From contig CAVWHO010000005.1 in the NCBI GenBank assembly GCA_963754875.1, positions 1 through 64,000 on the forward strand: 64,000 bases of DNA. Reading direction: 5' to 3'. Position numbers and translations under genes: made by a program. This stretch comes from Nitrospirota bacterium. Its GTDB lineage: Bacteria; Nitrospirota; UBA9217. This document shows positions 41,209 through 52,245 of this stretch, in pieces. The notes beneath the pieces are model-generated. The model made no database searches. It worked only from the letters and a program-made list of their open reading frames with translations, and was not told the origin of the DNA. Positions within the stretch are counted from its first letter, which is position 1; every line of letters starts with the position of its first letter.

Positions 41209-42562
41209 CTACAATGCCTTCACCGCTTCCTTAAACTGCCTGCCCCGGTCTTCGAAATCCTTGAACATATCGAAACTCGCACATGCAGGAGACAACAGAA
41301 CGGCGTCTCCCCGCGAAGACCTCGCGGCCGCGAGCCGCACTGCGTCCTGGAGCGTTTGCGCGAATACGGTCTTCGTGGATGTGCCGAGCGCCTTCGCCAT
41401 CTTGTCTGCTGCTTTGCCGATCAGGATCAAAAGCTTTACTTTCTGTTTGAACAGCTCGTAGAGGGGGCTAAAATCACTCCCCTTGTCCAGCCCCCCGGCG
41501 ATCAGGATCACCGGTTGCGTGAACCCTTCGACGGACTTCACGACAGCGCCCACGTTCGTACCTTTTGAGTCGTTGATGTAAGTAACGCCGTCCTTTTCCC
41601 GCACAAATTCAAGACGGTGCTCAAGGCCGGGAAATTCCCGAAGCACGGCGCCCACAGAAGCGGGGTCCGCTCCGGCGCACAGGGACAGCGCTGCGGCCGC
41701 GAGCGCATTCTCAAGATTGTGCACGCCCTTGATCCTGATCTCGTCGGCATGGATGATCCGTTGGTTGTTGAACGTAAGAAAACCGTCCAGCACGCAGGCG
41801 CCCGGACTAAACCGGAGCAGACGGGAAAAGGGGATCACCGTAGCTGACGTTCGTTTTGCATAAGACTTCACCAAAGGATCGTCAAAATTGAGGACCAGAA
41901 AATCCTCTCTGCGCTGGTTCATGAAAATGCGGGCCTTCGCTTCGCCGTACTCGGCAATATCGTGATACCGGTCAAGGTGGTCCTGCGTGACATTCAGGAT
42001 CGTGGCGACGCGAGGACGGAACGTGTCGATATCTTCCAGCTGGAAGCTCGAAAGTTCAGCGACGATCCAGTCCTGCCCTTTCAGCAATGCGACGTCTTCG
42101 GTGAGCGCGTTTCCGATGTTCCCTGCCACGAGCACCTTCTTCTTTGCACGCCCGAGCATGAGTCCCACGAGTGACGTGACCGTGGATTTTCCGTTCGTCC
42201 CCGTGATGCCGACGTAGGGCGACGTCCGAGAGCAGCCAGGCGAGTTCAAGCTCGCTGATCACCTGTACGCCGCGCTGCTGCGCCCCGAGGAGCTGCGGAA
42301 TCTTCGGCACGCCGGGGGAGAGCACGATGAGCTCGGCATCAAGAAAAGCGCGGTCGGGATGGCCGCCCGCTTCAACAACAATACGGCCGCTGCCGAGGGC
42401 CTTCACCTGTGCAGCGAGCTGGTCCAGCGGTTTTTTATCAGTCACCGTAACGATCGCACCGAGGCCATGAAGCGCCCTCGCAGCGGCAACCCCGCTCCGC
42501 GCCAGACCGACGATTGTTACTCTTCTCCCTCGAAAATCTTTTTGCACTATCCCCTCAAACAT
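41209..42562 (-). CDS. murD: UDP-MurNAc-L-Ala--D-Glu ligase; frameshift at ~42225
   Basis: GLARSG, SPGVP, GTNGKST, ELSSFQL, NDSKGTN, SPACASFD; exact start uncertain. Confidence 0.93.
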
Positions 42563-42687
42563 TTTTCTCGACTGACTCACGCAGAGCGCGGAGTTGTAAA
42601 GAACGCAGAAAATTTTTCCTTTCTCCGTGACTCCGCTTGCACCTGCGTTATCACAAGAGCAGAGTGTGTCTCTGTGGTAAACCGCCT

Positions 42688-43770
42688 TTATCTCAGCTTC
42701 AGCGTACTGATCGAGATCAACGCCAGAATGATCCCGATAATCCAGAACCGGGTAATCACCTTCGACTCGGGCCAGCCGATCTGCTCGAAGTGATGATGGA
42801 TCGGCGCCATTTTGAAGATGCGCTTTCCCGTCAGTTTGTACGAGCCCACCTGAAGGATCACCGAGATCGTTTCGATTACAAAAATCCCCCCCACGATCAC
42901 CAGGATCAACTCGTGCTTAGTCACGACTGCCAGCGTACCGAGAGCGCCGCCGAGAGACAGGGACCCTACGTCTCCCATGAACACCTCGGCAGGATGAGCG
43001 TTGTACCACAGGAAGCCGAGGCTCGCGCCGACCAGGGCACCGCAGAAAATCGCGAGCTCACCACTGCCCGGGATGTAGAGAATCTTCAGATAGTCCGCGA
43101 TGATCTTGTTTCCTCCGAGATAGACGATCACTGCATTGGCCGTGGCCGCGATGCCGACGAGGCCGATTGCAAGGCCGTCGAGACCGTCGGTGAGGTTCAC
43201 CGCGTTTGACGAACCTACGATCACGACGACGACAAAGGGGATGTAAAACCACCCCAGATCAAGGAAGAGTCGTTTGAGGAACGGCATGGAGATGGAGGTA
43301 CTGAGCGGATCGCCGGGGTTGAAATAGAGAAAAAAACCGATACCGGCGGAAGCGAGTATCTGGAGCCCGAACTTGTGTATTGCCCGCAGCCCCGTTGACC
43401 GCTTCTTCACGACTTTCAGATAATCGTCCCAGAAGCCGATCCCCCCGAAGGCGAGCGTTGCAAAGAGCACCACCCATACGTACCTGTTCGTCAAATCGGA
43501 CCACAACAAGACGGAACTCACAAGTGCAGCAACGATCAGCAGACCGCCCATGGTCGGAGTGCCCTGCTTGGTGAGATGGGTTTGCGGACCGTCGCTCCTG
43601 ACGTGCTGGCCTACCTTGAGCCTGCGGAGCCATGCGATCATCGAAGGGGCCAAGATGAACGTCACGATGAGCGCCGTCAGGACCGCACCGGCGCTCCGAA
43701 AGGTGATGTAGCGGAACACGTTAAAGCCGGAAAATTTCTCGCGCAGCGGATACAACAGGTGAAAGAGCAT
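42688..43770 (-). CDS. mraY: Phospho-MurNAc-pentapeptide transferase
   Basis: [34 protein letters not shown]. Confidence 0.98.
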   Translation of the reverse strand: MLFHLLYPLREKFSGFNVFRYITFRSAGAVLTALIVTFILAPSMIAWLRRLKVGQHVRSDGPQTHLTKQGTPTMGGLLIVAALVSSVLLWSDLTNRYVWVVLFATLAFGGIGFWDDYLKVVKKRSTGLRAIHKFGLQILASAGIGFFLYFNPGDPLSTSISMPFLKRLFLDLGWFYIPFVVVVIVGSSNAVNLTDGLDGLAIGLVGIAATANAVIVYLGGNKIIADYLKILYIPGSGELAIFCGALVGASLGFLWYNAHPAEVFMGDVGSLSLGGALGTLAVVTKHELILVIVGGIFVIETISVILQVGSYKLTGKRIFKMAPIHHHFEQIGWPESKVITRFWIIGIILALISISTLKLR

Positions 43771-45179
43771 TAAAACGCCTCCAGGATTTTTTCCATCTTC
43801 ATGCCCCGTGAGCCTTTGATGAGAATGACGTCCCCGGGCCCCGTCCGCTGTTTCAGCAGCTTGCCGGCGCTTTCCCGTGACTTCGCCTCGAGCACCTGTT
43901 CCCTCTTCATTCCGGCGTCCAGGGCTCCCTTTTCGACGAACGTGGCCAGCTCGCCGATCGTGATCAGGAGATCCACCTTGAACCGCGCCGCCGTGCGCCC
44001 GATTTCCCTGTGCGCTTCAGCCGACGCCTCCCCCAGTTCGAGCATGTCGCCGATGACGGCAATCGCTTTTCTGCCGGATTTGAGCGAGACGAGCGTTTTG
44101 ATCGCCGCTTCCATGGAGGCGGGATTGGCATTGTAGTAATCGGCAAGAACAGTCCTTCCCTCGATCTTCTTGATTTCGGATCGCCCGGCGACAGGCAGGA
44201 AGTCATCGAGCCCGAATTGTACGGCTTCGATCGGCACGCCCACGGCGAGCCCTGCGGCTGCCGCGGCAAGGGCGTTGTACACGTTGTGTATTCCCACGGC
44301 CCGTAGCCGGACGTTGATCCGTGTGCCCTCCGCCATAATCGTCATATCGGAATACTCATTCTCCTGCCGCACATCGGACGCCATAACGTCGGCCTTGTTG
44401 GCGATGCCGAAGGTCATGAGGCGTCCGGCGAACTTTTTTTTCAGGACGCCGAATTGTTCATCGTCGGCATTCAGCACCGCCGTTGCGTCGGACTTGAGGT
44501 TGTCGAGCAGTTCTCCTTTCGCCTCCGCAACCTTGTCCATGCTGCCGAGGAACTCAAGATGGGCCGGCCCGATGTTGGTTATCACGCCGACCGTGGGCGT
44601 GGCAAGCCTCGCAAGCGTGTCGATCTCTCCCGGCGCGCTCATACCCATCTCGATGACCCCTGCCCAATGGCTGTCGTTCATTTTCAAGAGCGTAAGTGGC
44701 ACGCCGATGTGGTTGTTCAGGTTGCCCTCGTTCTTGAGCACCGGCCCTTTTTGTTTCAGGATGGATGCGAGCATTTCTTTGGTAGTGGTCTTGCCATTCG
44801 AACCGGTGATGCCGACGACGGGGATCGTGAATTTTTCCCGGTGCAAGTGCGCCATCTCCTGGAGAGCATAGAGCGTGTCTTCCACCGGAAGGATATTCTT
44901 CAACCCGCCGAGACTTGAGAACTTGTGTTCCAGTGCGGCCCGCTCCACGAGCGCGCCCCAGGCGCCTTTTTTGATCGCATCGGGCACGAAATCATGGCCA
45001 TCAAAGCGGTCGCCCTTGAGGGCGACGAACAGTTCTCCCTCCTTGACGTTCCGGGAATCAATGGATATTCCTTTAATTTCCACGCGCTCCAACCTCCTCA
45101 GGATTTCCCCGAGCAATGTTATTTCTGATTCGTTCATTGTTCTATTTCGGGATTTCGGATTGCCGGCGCCGACAGCCAT
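43770..45179 (-). CDS. murF: UDP-MurNAc-tripeptide--D-Ala-D-Ala ligase
   Basis: [35 protein letters not shown]; start uncertain (45179 or 45137). Confidence 0.95.
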   Translation of the reverse strand: MAVGAGNPKSRNRTMNESEITLLGEILRRLERVEIKGISIDSRNVKEGELFVALKGDRFDGHDFVPDAIKKGAWGALVERAALEHKFSSLGGLKNILPVEDTLYALQEMAHLHREKFTIPVVGITGSNGKTTTKEMLASILKQKGPVLKNEGNLNNHIGVPLTLLKMNDSHWAGVIEMGMSAPGEIDTLARLATPTVGVITNIGPAHLEFLGSMDKVAEAKGELLDNLKSDATAVLNADDEQFGVLKKKFAGRLMTFGIANKADVMASDVRQENEYSDMTIMAEGTRINVRLRAVGIHNVYNALAAAAAGLAVGVPIEAVQFGLDDFLPVAGRSEIKKIEGRTVLADYYNANPASMEAAIKTLVSLKSGRKAIAVIGDMLELGEASAEAHREIGRTAARFKVDLLITIGELATFVEKGALDAGMKREQVLEAKSRESAGKLLKQRTGPGDVILIKGSRGMKMEKILEAF

Positions 45180-45189
45180 GCGCGTGCTC

Positions 45190-46741
45190 CTAATGTGCAA
45201 TCCGCAATCCGCATTCTGCATTGAGTCTGCAAATTTCTTCCCGCGCTGACTTCCCGGTCGTCAAAGTGGATCTTCTTCCTCTCCTATGATCTGGTAATCC
45301 TCATGACCTTTGCCTGCAAGGACGATAACGTCTCCGGGTTTCCCCATGCCGATGGCCGCTTTGATTGCGTCACGCCGGTCGGGGATGACCAGAAAAGGGG
45401 TCTTACCCATACGTTCCTCGCTCGCTGCATCGGGGGTCGCAACTTTCACTCCCGACGGTGCCATGCCGCCTTCTATCTCTCTGATGATCGAGAGCGGGTC
45501 CTCGGTCCTGGGATTGTCCGAGGTGATGATCACGATGTCGCTGCCCTTCACCGCGGCACGGCCCATTTTCGGCCGCTTCGTCCGATCACGGTCGCCTCCG
45601 CACCCAAAGACGGTAATGACCCGTCCCTCGGCGATCTCACGGACGGCTTCGAGCAGCCTGTTGAGGGCGTCTTCCGTGTGAGCATAATCGACGATCACGC
45701 CGAACAGGCGGCCTTCTCCGACCTTTTCCATGCGTCCGGGAACGGCCTGCATGGTCTTCACACCCTCGGCGATCGCAGTGGTCCCGACACCCAGCGCAAC
45801 GCCGATCGCAACAGCGGTCAGGATATTGTAGATGTTGTGCCTGCCCACGAGCGGTGATTCGATGGACGTCGTCCCCGACTGGCGTGGCGACATCAAACGC
45901 GAGGCCGTGAATGCCGTGGCGTATCGCTCCCACTGGGCTGCACATGGGCGCGCATTGAAAGACCGGTGGTGATGATCCTTGCGCCTTCGTCGCGGTGATG
46001 ATGTCTGCATGCCCGCGCATCGTCGATATTGACGACTGCGTATGCGCCCGGGCCGAGGTCTTTGAACAGCAGAAGCTTGGCGTCGAAATAAGCATCCATG
46101 GTTTCATGGAAGTCCAGGTGGTCCTGGGTCAGGTTCGTGAAGGCCGCAACAGCGAACGTGCATCCCAGGGTCCTGCCCAGGGCCAGCGCGTGCGACGAGA
46201 CCTCCATGATGCAGGTCCCGGCCCCGAGGTCCGTCATTTCGGACATCAGCCGCTGCAGATCGAGCGATTCCGGCGTCGTGTTCGGTGCGGGATAGACCTT
46301 GCTGCCCACGCGGTAATCGATCGTGCCGATCAGGCCAGCACTGCCGCCCGCGGCCTCGACGATGGATTTCACCAGATAGGTCGTGGTGGTCTTGCCGTTG
46401 GTCCCGGTCACGCCGACGAGCTTCAGCCGCTTCGACGGATGATTGAAAAAGGCATCGGCGAGGAGCGCAAGTGCTTTGCGCGAGTCATCGACAACGACGA
46501 CCGGCGCGCCCGCCGCTTCGGCGCCGCTCTTCTTTTCGGCAATAACGGCGATTGCTCCCTGCTTTATGGCCTGCGGAATAAACTGATGGCCGTCCGAGTG
46601 AAATCCTCGCACGGCCACGAACAGGGAACCCGGCGCCACCTTCCGGGAGTCCTGGGCAATGTCCCGTACCTCGCTCTCCAGCGCTTCGCGCGGCAGAGTT
46701 GCTTCCCCATCCAGTGCCTTCAGGAGGTCTCTAAGCTTCAC
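45190..46741 (-). CDS. murE: UDP-MurNAc-dipeptide--DAP/Lys ligase; multiple frameshifts (~45900-46010, ~45250-45280)
   Basis: GTNGKTTT, NTTP, EVSSH, DHLDFH, DYAHT, DNPR, GKGHEDYQ; 3' end approximate. Confidence 0.9.
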
Positions 46742-46867
46742 CGAGACAGCTCCTCTCTTTTTCTCCTCTCCCGTAACGAGGGAGACAGGGAAAAAGGCGG
46801 TGATGATGGCGGAGATGCCGATAGGTCATTTCACTCCATGCTCTTGTACGAATAACGTGAGGGCGCA

Positions 46868-48604
46868 TCACCTGGTCACCACGAGCATCCTGCCCCCCAC
46901 ATCGTCCGGCGGCACCTGCAGATAGGCGAGGCTCTGTTCCGCCACGGCCCGGAACACCGGCCCCGCCACCGTGGCGCCGTAAATATCGCCCTCCGGCGTG
47001 TCGACCATAACGAGGATCACGAGCTTCGGCGACCGGACCGGCGCGAAGCCGACGAACGAGCTGACATACTCTTTCTTCGAATATACCCCGGTCCGCTGGT
47101 CGATCTTCTGCGCCGTGCCGGTCTTGCCCGCCGCAGTGTACCCGGCCGGTTTCGCCTGCTGGCCCGTACCCATATCGACCACCCGCTTCAGCATGCCGGT
47201 CACCTTGGCGCAGGTCTCTTCGGTTATCGCGCGCCCCACGGGCCGGGGCCCGAATTTTTTTCCCGCTTCCCCGTTGCGGGCAACGATCTCCGATACGATA
47301 TAGGGCGTCATCACCGTGCCGCCGTTTGCAAGCGTACAGTACAACGAGGCCATCTGTATCGGCGTTACCCCGATCCCCTGGCCGATCGCGATCTCGCCGA
47401 TGGAAACGCCGGACCACAGCCGGCAGTCCCTGAGCAGGCCCGGGATCTCTCCGGGGAGGTCCACGCCGGTCTTCTCGCCGAAACCGAAGGCGGTGATATA
47501 CTTGTAAAACCGTTCTTTCCCGAGACGCAGCGCGACTTTGATCGTGCCCACGTTGCTCGATTCGGCAATCACGTCGGTAAAGGTAAGCACGCCGTTCTTG
47601 TGCGCGTCCTTGATCTCCCGGTCGAAAAGCTTGATGCTCCCGGCGCTGCAATCGAGCCGCTCCAGAGGGTGGACCACCCGCTCCTCCAGTGCTGCGGCGG
47701 CAAGGACCGGCTTGAAAATGGAGCCGGGCTCGAACGCGTCGGTCACTGCCCGGTTCCGCCATTCCGCCGGTTTGTAGCGCTGCGGTTCGTTCGGATTGAA
47801 CGCCGGGCGGCCGTAGCCGTTCGTCCGCACCGAGAGGGCCAGCACTTCTCCGGTCTGCGGGTTCATAACGATGCAGACCCCTCCCTTTGCATGGGAGCGG
47901 GCGAGAGTTGCATCAAGCTCCTTTTCGGCAATATGCTGGATCACCTCGTCGATGGTGAGGATGATGTCATGACCCGTCTTCGGCATTTGATACTGGAAGC
48001 CGGGACCGCCGGGAAACACCATCCTTCCCCGTGCGTCTTTTTCCGCCAGCACCCACCCGCTCACGCCGCGGAGTATTTTGTCGTACGCCCGCTCCACGCC
48101 TTCGAGGCCCGCGTTGTCAAGGCCCGTAAAACCGATAAGCGGGCCAGCGAGGGATCTGTTCGGATAGAACCTTCGCGCCTCCGGCCGGAGCTGAACCTCG
48201 TCGGAGTCCAGTTCTTTCACCTGCTCCGCCTTCGTCGGATCGATTTTCCGGCTGAGCCACACAAAATGCTTGTCGCCGTCCAACTTCCGTTCAAGCATCC
48301 TCGGGTCTTCGCGCAGAATCCGGGAAAGCCGTCGGGCCATTTCGCGGGGGTTGTCGATCTTCGAAGGAATGCCGTACACCGAATCAACGTCGAGGCTGAC
48401 GGCCAGTTCCCTGCCCATGCGGTCGAGGATGGTGCCCCGCTTGGGCTCGATGGTCATCACCTGCTCCTGCTGGCGTTCCGCCCGGGCCGCGAGCTTTGGC
48501 CGCTCGATGATCTGCAGGTATACGAGCCGCAGGGCCACGAGCGAAAAACCCAGGACCAATACGAACAATACTGCGACTATTCTCCCCCGTCGTTCCATAG
48601 GCAT
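46868..48604 (-). CDS. ftsI: Penicillin-binding protein 3 (FtsI)
   Basis: RGTILDR, EPGSIFK (SxxK), SSN, GKTGT. Confidence 0.95.
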   Translation of the reverse strand: MPMERRGRIVAVLFVLVLGFSLVALRLVYLQIIERPKLAARAERQQEQVMTIEPKRGTILDRMGRELAVSLDVDSVYGIPSKIDNPREMARRLSRILREDPRMLERKLDGDKHFVWLSRKIDPTKAEQVKELDSDEVQLRPEARRFYPNRSLAGPLIGFTGLDNAGLEGVERAYDKILRGVSGWVLAEKDARGRMVFPGGPGFQYQMPKTGHDIILTIDEVIQHIAEKELDATLARSHAKGGVCIVMNPQTGEVLALSVRTNGYGRPAFNPNEPQRYKPAEWRNRAVTDAFEPGSIFKPVLAAAALEERVVHPLERLDCSAGSIKLFDREIKDAHKNGVLTFTDVIAESSNVGTIKVALRLGKERFYKYITAFGFGEKTGVDLPGEIPGLLRDCRLWSGVSIGEIAIGQGIGVTPIQMASLYCTLANGGTVMTPYIVSEIVARNGEAGKKFGPRPVGRAITEETCAKVTGMLKRVVDMGTGQQAKPAGYTAAGKTGTAQKIDQRTGVYSKKEYVSSFVGFAPVRSPKLVILVMVDTPEGDIYGATVAGPVFRAVAEQSLAYLQVPPDDVGGRMLVVTR

Positions 48605-48934
48605 CTAGTCTTTTGCTTTTTTTCTCTTTACGATAACGATGTTTTCCTTCGCCGGCCTGATCATACCGAGACGCTTCATTGCAAGATCCTCAATCCTCGC
48701 CGGAGAGGCCAGGCTCGACGCCTCGATCCGCAAAGACCTGTTTTCGCGCTCGAGGTCCTGCTTATCGTGTTCCAGGGACTCGATCTGATACCCGAGCCGC
48801 ATGATCTTTACCTTGCCGCCGACGTACAAAAGCAGTGCGGTGACGATAAGGAGGGTAAGAACGACACGCCGGAAGCTACCGCGTCTGCTCCTCTCGAACA
48901 CCAACGACCCTATGTTGCCGACCGGCGCATGCAT
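48605..48934 (-). CDS. ftsL: Cell division protein FtsL
   Basis: One TM helix, coiled coil, SPARIE...LGM; synteny. Confidence 0.88.
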   Translation of the reverse strand: MHAPVGNIGSLVFERSRRGSFRRVVLTLLIVTALLLYVGGKVKIMRLGYQIESLEHDKQDLERENRSLRIEASSLASPARIEDLAMKRLGMIRPAKENIVIVKRKKAKD

Positions 48935-49043
48935 AACGATACCTCATTCTCTTCCAAATTAAAACAGCCGCAAAAAAACGGATGCGATAAAACTACGACC
49001 TTGGCTTGACGATGAAACACCGACCAATGATTTCGGTTTTTTC

Positions 49044-50069
49044 TTACGGAAGTTTCTCGGCAGCCCTGAGCTTGGCGCTCCGTGATGCCGGGTTTCTCTC
49101 CATTTCTTCGGGACCCGCAGTGACCGGACGGCCCGTCAGTATCTTGAGCACCGGTTTTTTCCCGCACGAGCAGACCGGCAGTTTCGGAGGGCAGACGCAG
49201 CCTTTGGCCTGAACGGCAAAAGCCTGTTTTACGACGCGGTCCTCGAGCGAGTGGAACGAGATCGCAGCGAACCTTCCGCCGGGTTTCAGCAGGGAAATGA
49301 TTCCGTCTACTCCCTCCCGCAACGCGCCAAGCTCGTCATTGACTGCGATACGCAGGGCCTGGAAGGTCAGTGTGGCGGGATGAATGCGCCGGGGTGGGTA
49401 GGGAGGGAACACCCCGGAGACGATTTCTGCCAGCTGGACCGTCCTCGTGATGGGTCCCCGGGCTCTCGCCCGGACAATGGCATTGGCGATGGCGCCTGCC
49501 CTGCGTTCTTCCCCGTATTCGCGGATGATCCCCGCAAGTTCGTCCCGCGAGAGATTGTTTACCAAGTCTGCCGCAGTCTGCAGCCTGCTTGTGTCCATGC
49601 GCATATCGAGCGGACCGTCCAGCATGAAACTGAAACCCCGCTCCGGCGTCCTGACGTGAAACCAGGAAATGCCGAGGTCCAGGAGCACGCCGTCGACACG
49701 ATCATATCCCAGTTCAGCCAGGACAGCGGGCAGATCCCGGTAATTCGCCTGCCTGATGATTGCCCGCTTGCCATATACCGCCAGTGCCGCTTTTGCCCGC
49801 TCGACGGCTTCGCTGTCCTGATCCAGCCCGATCAGGATGCCGTCCGGCGCCGATCGTTTCAGAATCTCCGCAGCATGACCTCCGGCTCCCAGCGTTCCGT
49901 CGACATAGACCCCGCCGGACCGCGGTGAGATCAGGTCAACGGCTTCCCGGAGCAGAACGGGAATATGTTCCAAATTCGGAATTCGGCATTCGGCATTCGG
50001 CCTGTCGCCCGAACGTGTGTCACGGTTTTTTTTCATTCCGCATTCCAAAGTCGGCATTCCACATTTCAT
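49044..50069 (-). CDS. rsmH: 16S rRNA m4C1402 methyltransferase
   Basis: HIPVL, DGTLGAGGH, LDMRMD, FQALRI, SFHSLEDR, SRSAKLR. Confidence 0.97.
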   Translation of the reverse strand: MKCGMPTLECGMKKNRDTRSGDRPNAECRIPNLEHIPVLLREAVDLISPRSGGVYVDGTLGAGGHAAEILKRSAPDGILIGLDQDSEAVERAKAALAVYGKRAIIRQANYRDLPAVLAELGYDRVDGVLLDLGISWFHVRTPERGFSFMLDGPLDMRMDTSRLQTAADLVNNLSRDELAGIIREYGEERRAGAIANAIVRARARGPITRTVQLAEIVSGVFPPYPPRRIHPATLTFQALRIAVNDELGALREGVDGIISLLKPGGRFAAISFHSLEDRVVKQAFAVQAKGCVCPPKLPVCSCGKKPVLKILTGRPVTAGPEEMERNPASRSAKLRAAEKLP

Positions 50070-50425
50070 AATCCCAGCGGGAGGTTCGTCGCCGGCTTTG
50101 TCACCCCAAAACTTTTTGCGGCCTGCTGGACCGTGTCAAAAACCTGGAACTCTTCGAGTACGCCGGTGGTGCGAAAAATATTTTTAATATAATCGGACAG
50201 TGCCGCAAGTCTCATGTCACCGCCGAATGACTGGAGGCGGCGTTTTTCTTCGACCAGTGACGGCAGGATCGTGAACTGGATGTGCTCAGCTGACTCAAAG
50301 TTGAGGATCAGACCGTACATCTCGCCCTTGATGAGCTGGCCGATTACCCGACTGATCTCCGCCATCTTCGGTGAGTCAATCTCGCCTTCAAGGTTCATCT
50401 GGTATACTTTGAGTTTTTCGTCCAT
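50066..50425 (-). CDS. STAS domain (anti-sigma factor antagonist-like) protein
   Basis: NLEGEID, LILNF, GGDMRLA, IFRTTG; coupled to mraZ and rsmH. Confidence 0.82.
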   Translation of the reverse strand: MDEKLKVYQMNLEGEIDSPKMAEISRVIGQLIKGEMYGLILNFESAEHIQFTILPSLVEEKRRLQSFGGDMRLAALSDYIKNIFRTTGVLEEFQVFDTVQQAAKSFGVTKPATNLPLGL

Positions 50426-50429
50426 GTCG

Positions 50430-50864
50430 TTACAGGCCCAATGCGGCGAGCGCCTCGCCGATCTTGTCGCCGTTCTGATTATTGCGCGCCTCCCACGCCT
50501 TGGCGTCCCATATTTCTATTTTGTCGATGATCCCGACAAGCATCACGTTTTTGATGATACCCGCATGTTCGCGGTGAGACGGCGGGATCAGTATCCGGCC
50601 CTGCTTATCGAGTTCGCACTCTGTGGCCGACGAAAGCAGGAAGCGCCTGAAGTCCTTGACCTCTTGCTTCATCAGAGAAAGGGTCTTAATCTTCTCCTCG
50701 AGTCGCTCCCATTCTTCGAGTGGATAGACGGTAAGACAGCGATCATAGTCCATGGCGAGGACCAGCCTGCCGTCATAACGGTCGGCGATGATATCACGAA
50801 ATTTTGAGGGCACGCTCACTCTGCCTTTGGAATCAACGGTATGCTCAAAACTGCCTCGGAACAT
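50430..50864 (-). CDS. mraZ: Transcriptional repressor MraZ
   Basis: MFRG, DSKGRVSVP, DKQGRILIP, IEIWD. Confidence 0.97.
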   Translation of the reverse strand: MFRGSFEHTVDSKGRVSVPSKFRDIIADRYDGRLVLAMDYDRCLTVYPLEEWERLEEKIKTLSLMKQEVKDFRRFLLSSATECELDKQGRILIPPSHREHAGIIKNVMLVGIIDKIEIWDAKAWEARNNQNGDKIGEALAALGL

Positions 50865-50880
50865 AACCCTCCCTGGAGTA

Positions 50881-50945
50881 CCCACCGCTTCCCACTTTAT
50901 GCCACCTAATGGTCAAAGTATATATTTCATACCTGGCAATGTCAA
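50881..50945 (-). promoter_or_regulatory. dcw promoter with MraZ-binding repeats
   Basis: TTGACA (50945-50940)-17 nt-TATACT (50922-50917); GTGGC/GTGGG/GTGGG at 10-nt period (50905, 50895, 50885). Confidence 0.8.
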
Positions 50946-51038
50946 GAAAAATATTAATTTTTCAGATGTTACGTAGTGGGTAACAAGTAGTTGACCCATG
51001 CGTTTTTTGGCGTGACAAGAGCGCAATAAAAAAGTAAT

Positions 51039-51353
51039 ATGAAAAAAATGAGTACTGATTATTTCATCACTGTCAGTGACGAGCATATAAAACGTGAAAA
51101 GGCGAGGGCGCGGGATTTGCGCGATTCGCAATGGTGGAAGCGGAAACGCTCTGCGGGGATATGTTACTACTGCGGAAAAAATTTTAAACCCGCCGAGCTG
51201 ACGATGGATCATCTGATACCAATCGTGCGCGGTGGGAAGTCCGTACAGGGGAACCTTGTTCCGGCCTGCAAGGACTGCAACAACAAAAAAAAATATCTCC
51301 TCCCCACGGAATGGGAGGAGTATCTCAGCACTCTGCAAAAAGAAAAATCATAA
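51039..51353 (+). CDS. Small HNH endonuclease family protein
   Basis: CYYC, TMDHLIP..RGGKS..NLVPACKDCN. Confidence 0.9.
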   Translation: MKKMSTDYFITVSDEHIKREKARARDLRDSQWWKRKRSAGICYYCGKNFKPAELTMDHLIPIVRGGKSVQGNLVPACKDCNNKKKYLLPTEWEEYLSTLQKEKS

Positions 51354-51421
51354 CGAGATTATCCGGCATGTGAAAGCAAAATCTGCAACGCCCGTTTGTA
51401 TCACCAACCTCTGACCGATTA

Positions 51422-51958
51422 TCAGCCCACCTCCATCTCCCGAACCCAGTCCACTCTGGCAAGCTTGTTGTCATGCGACCAGTGGTAAGATACGACTCCA
51501 CGGAATGCCTTCTTGATCGCCCGACCCAACCGCTGTGCAAGCTTTTCGTTTGTCGTGCTGATCACGATACTGCCGTGGCCATTCTCCTTAATAGACATCA
51601 CCCGTTCAAGGGGATTAAAGCCGCGCGCGCGTTCTTCCTCATTTTTGACGAGGTTCAGCAGATCCTGTTTATGCGGAAGAACGTAATCCCCTTTGAGCGT
51701 CACAATACCGCCCGGGAAATTGTCGCGGATCTTGAGACAGGCCGGACAGACCATCATCACTGTCTCTGGTTTTTCAGCAACCGTCCTGTACACCTCATTG
51801 TCGGCATACCACCGTTTGTTCATGTATACTGCGCGGCATCCCCCGCACACGGAAACGCTGCGGCTTGCTCCCCGCGGCAGATAGGGATCGTTTGTGGATG
51901 ATTTCTTTTTGTATGTCTGCTTGTATGATCGCTCTACTTTTTTCCCGACAATCTTCAT
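51422..51958 (-). CDS. BCAM0308 family protein
   Basis: DPY, CxxC...KRW, CPAC, PLERVM, TTNEKLAQRLG. Confidence 0.8.
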   Translation of the reverse strand: MKIVGKKVERSYKQTYKKKSSTNDPYLPRGASRSVSVCGGCRAVYMNKRWYADNEVYRTVAEKPETVMMVCPACLKIRDNFPGGIVTLKGDYVLPHKQDLLNLVKNEEERARGFNPLERVMSIKENGHGSIVISTTNEKLAQRLGRAIKKAFRGVVSYHWSHDNKLARVDWVREMEVG

Positions 51959-52010
51959 AGGACCGCCTCCTTCATTATCCATTATCGTCAAAACTCGCAT
52001 CGGCTTTTGT

Positions 52011-52226
52011 TTATTTCACCTTCCTCTGGATTTCGGGATACTGTTTCTTAAACTCAGGGATGTTCCGCGCAAGGAACAGTTTAAGAGCTTTGAGCTCCGC
52101 CTGGAGGTCCCTGATCTCTTCGGCCATCTCATTTTCATGCTTCTTCAGCATGTCGGCCAGATTGGAAAGAGCCTTCTCCTGGATCTTGATCCGCTCCACA
52201 CCGCCGCCATTCCCCTTGTTGATCAT
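52011..52226 (-). CDS. Small coiled-coil hypothetical protein
   Basis: GAGG RBS; fits the operon. Confidence 0.7.
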   Translation of the reverse strand: MINKGNGGGVERIKIQEKALSNLADMLKKHENEMAEEIRDLQAELKALKLFLARNIPEFKKQYPEIQRKVK

Positions 52227-52245
52227 AGTTCACCTCGTGGACGAT

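Noticed and set aside
51039..51353. HNH gene as a mobile or defence nuclease
   Set aside because: Small stand-alone type with no mobile or defence context; divergent from mraZ
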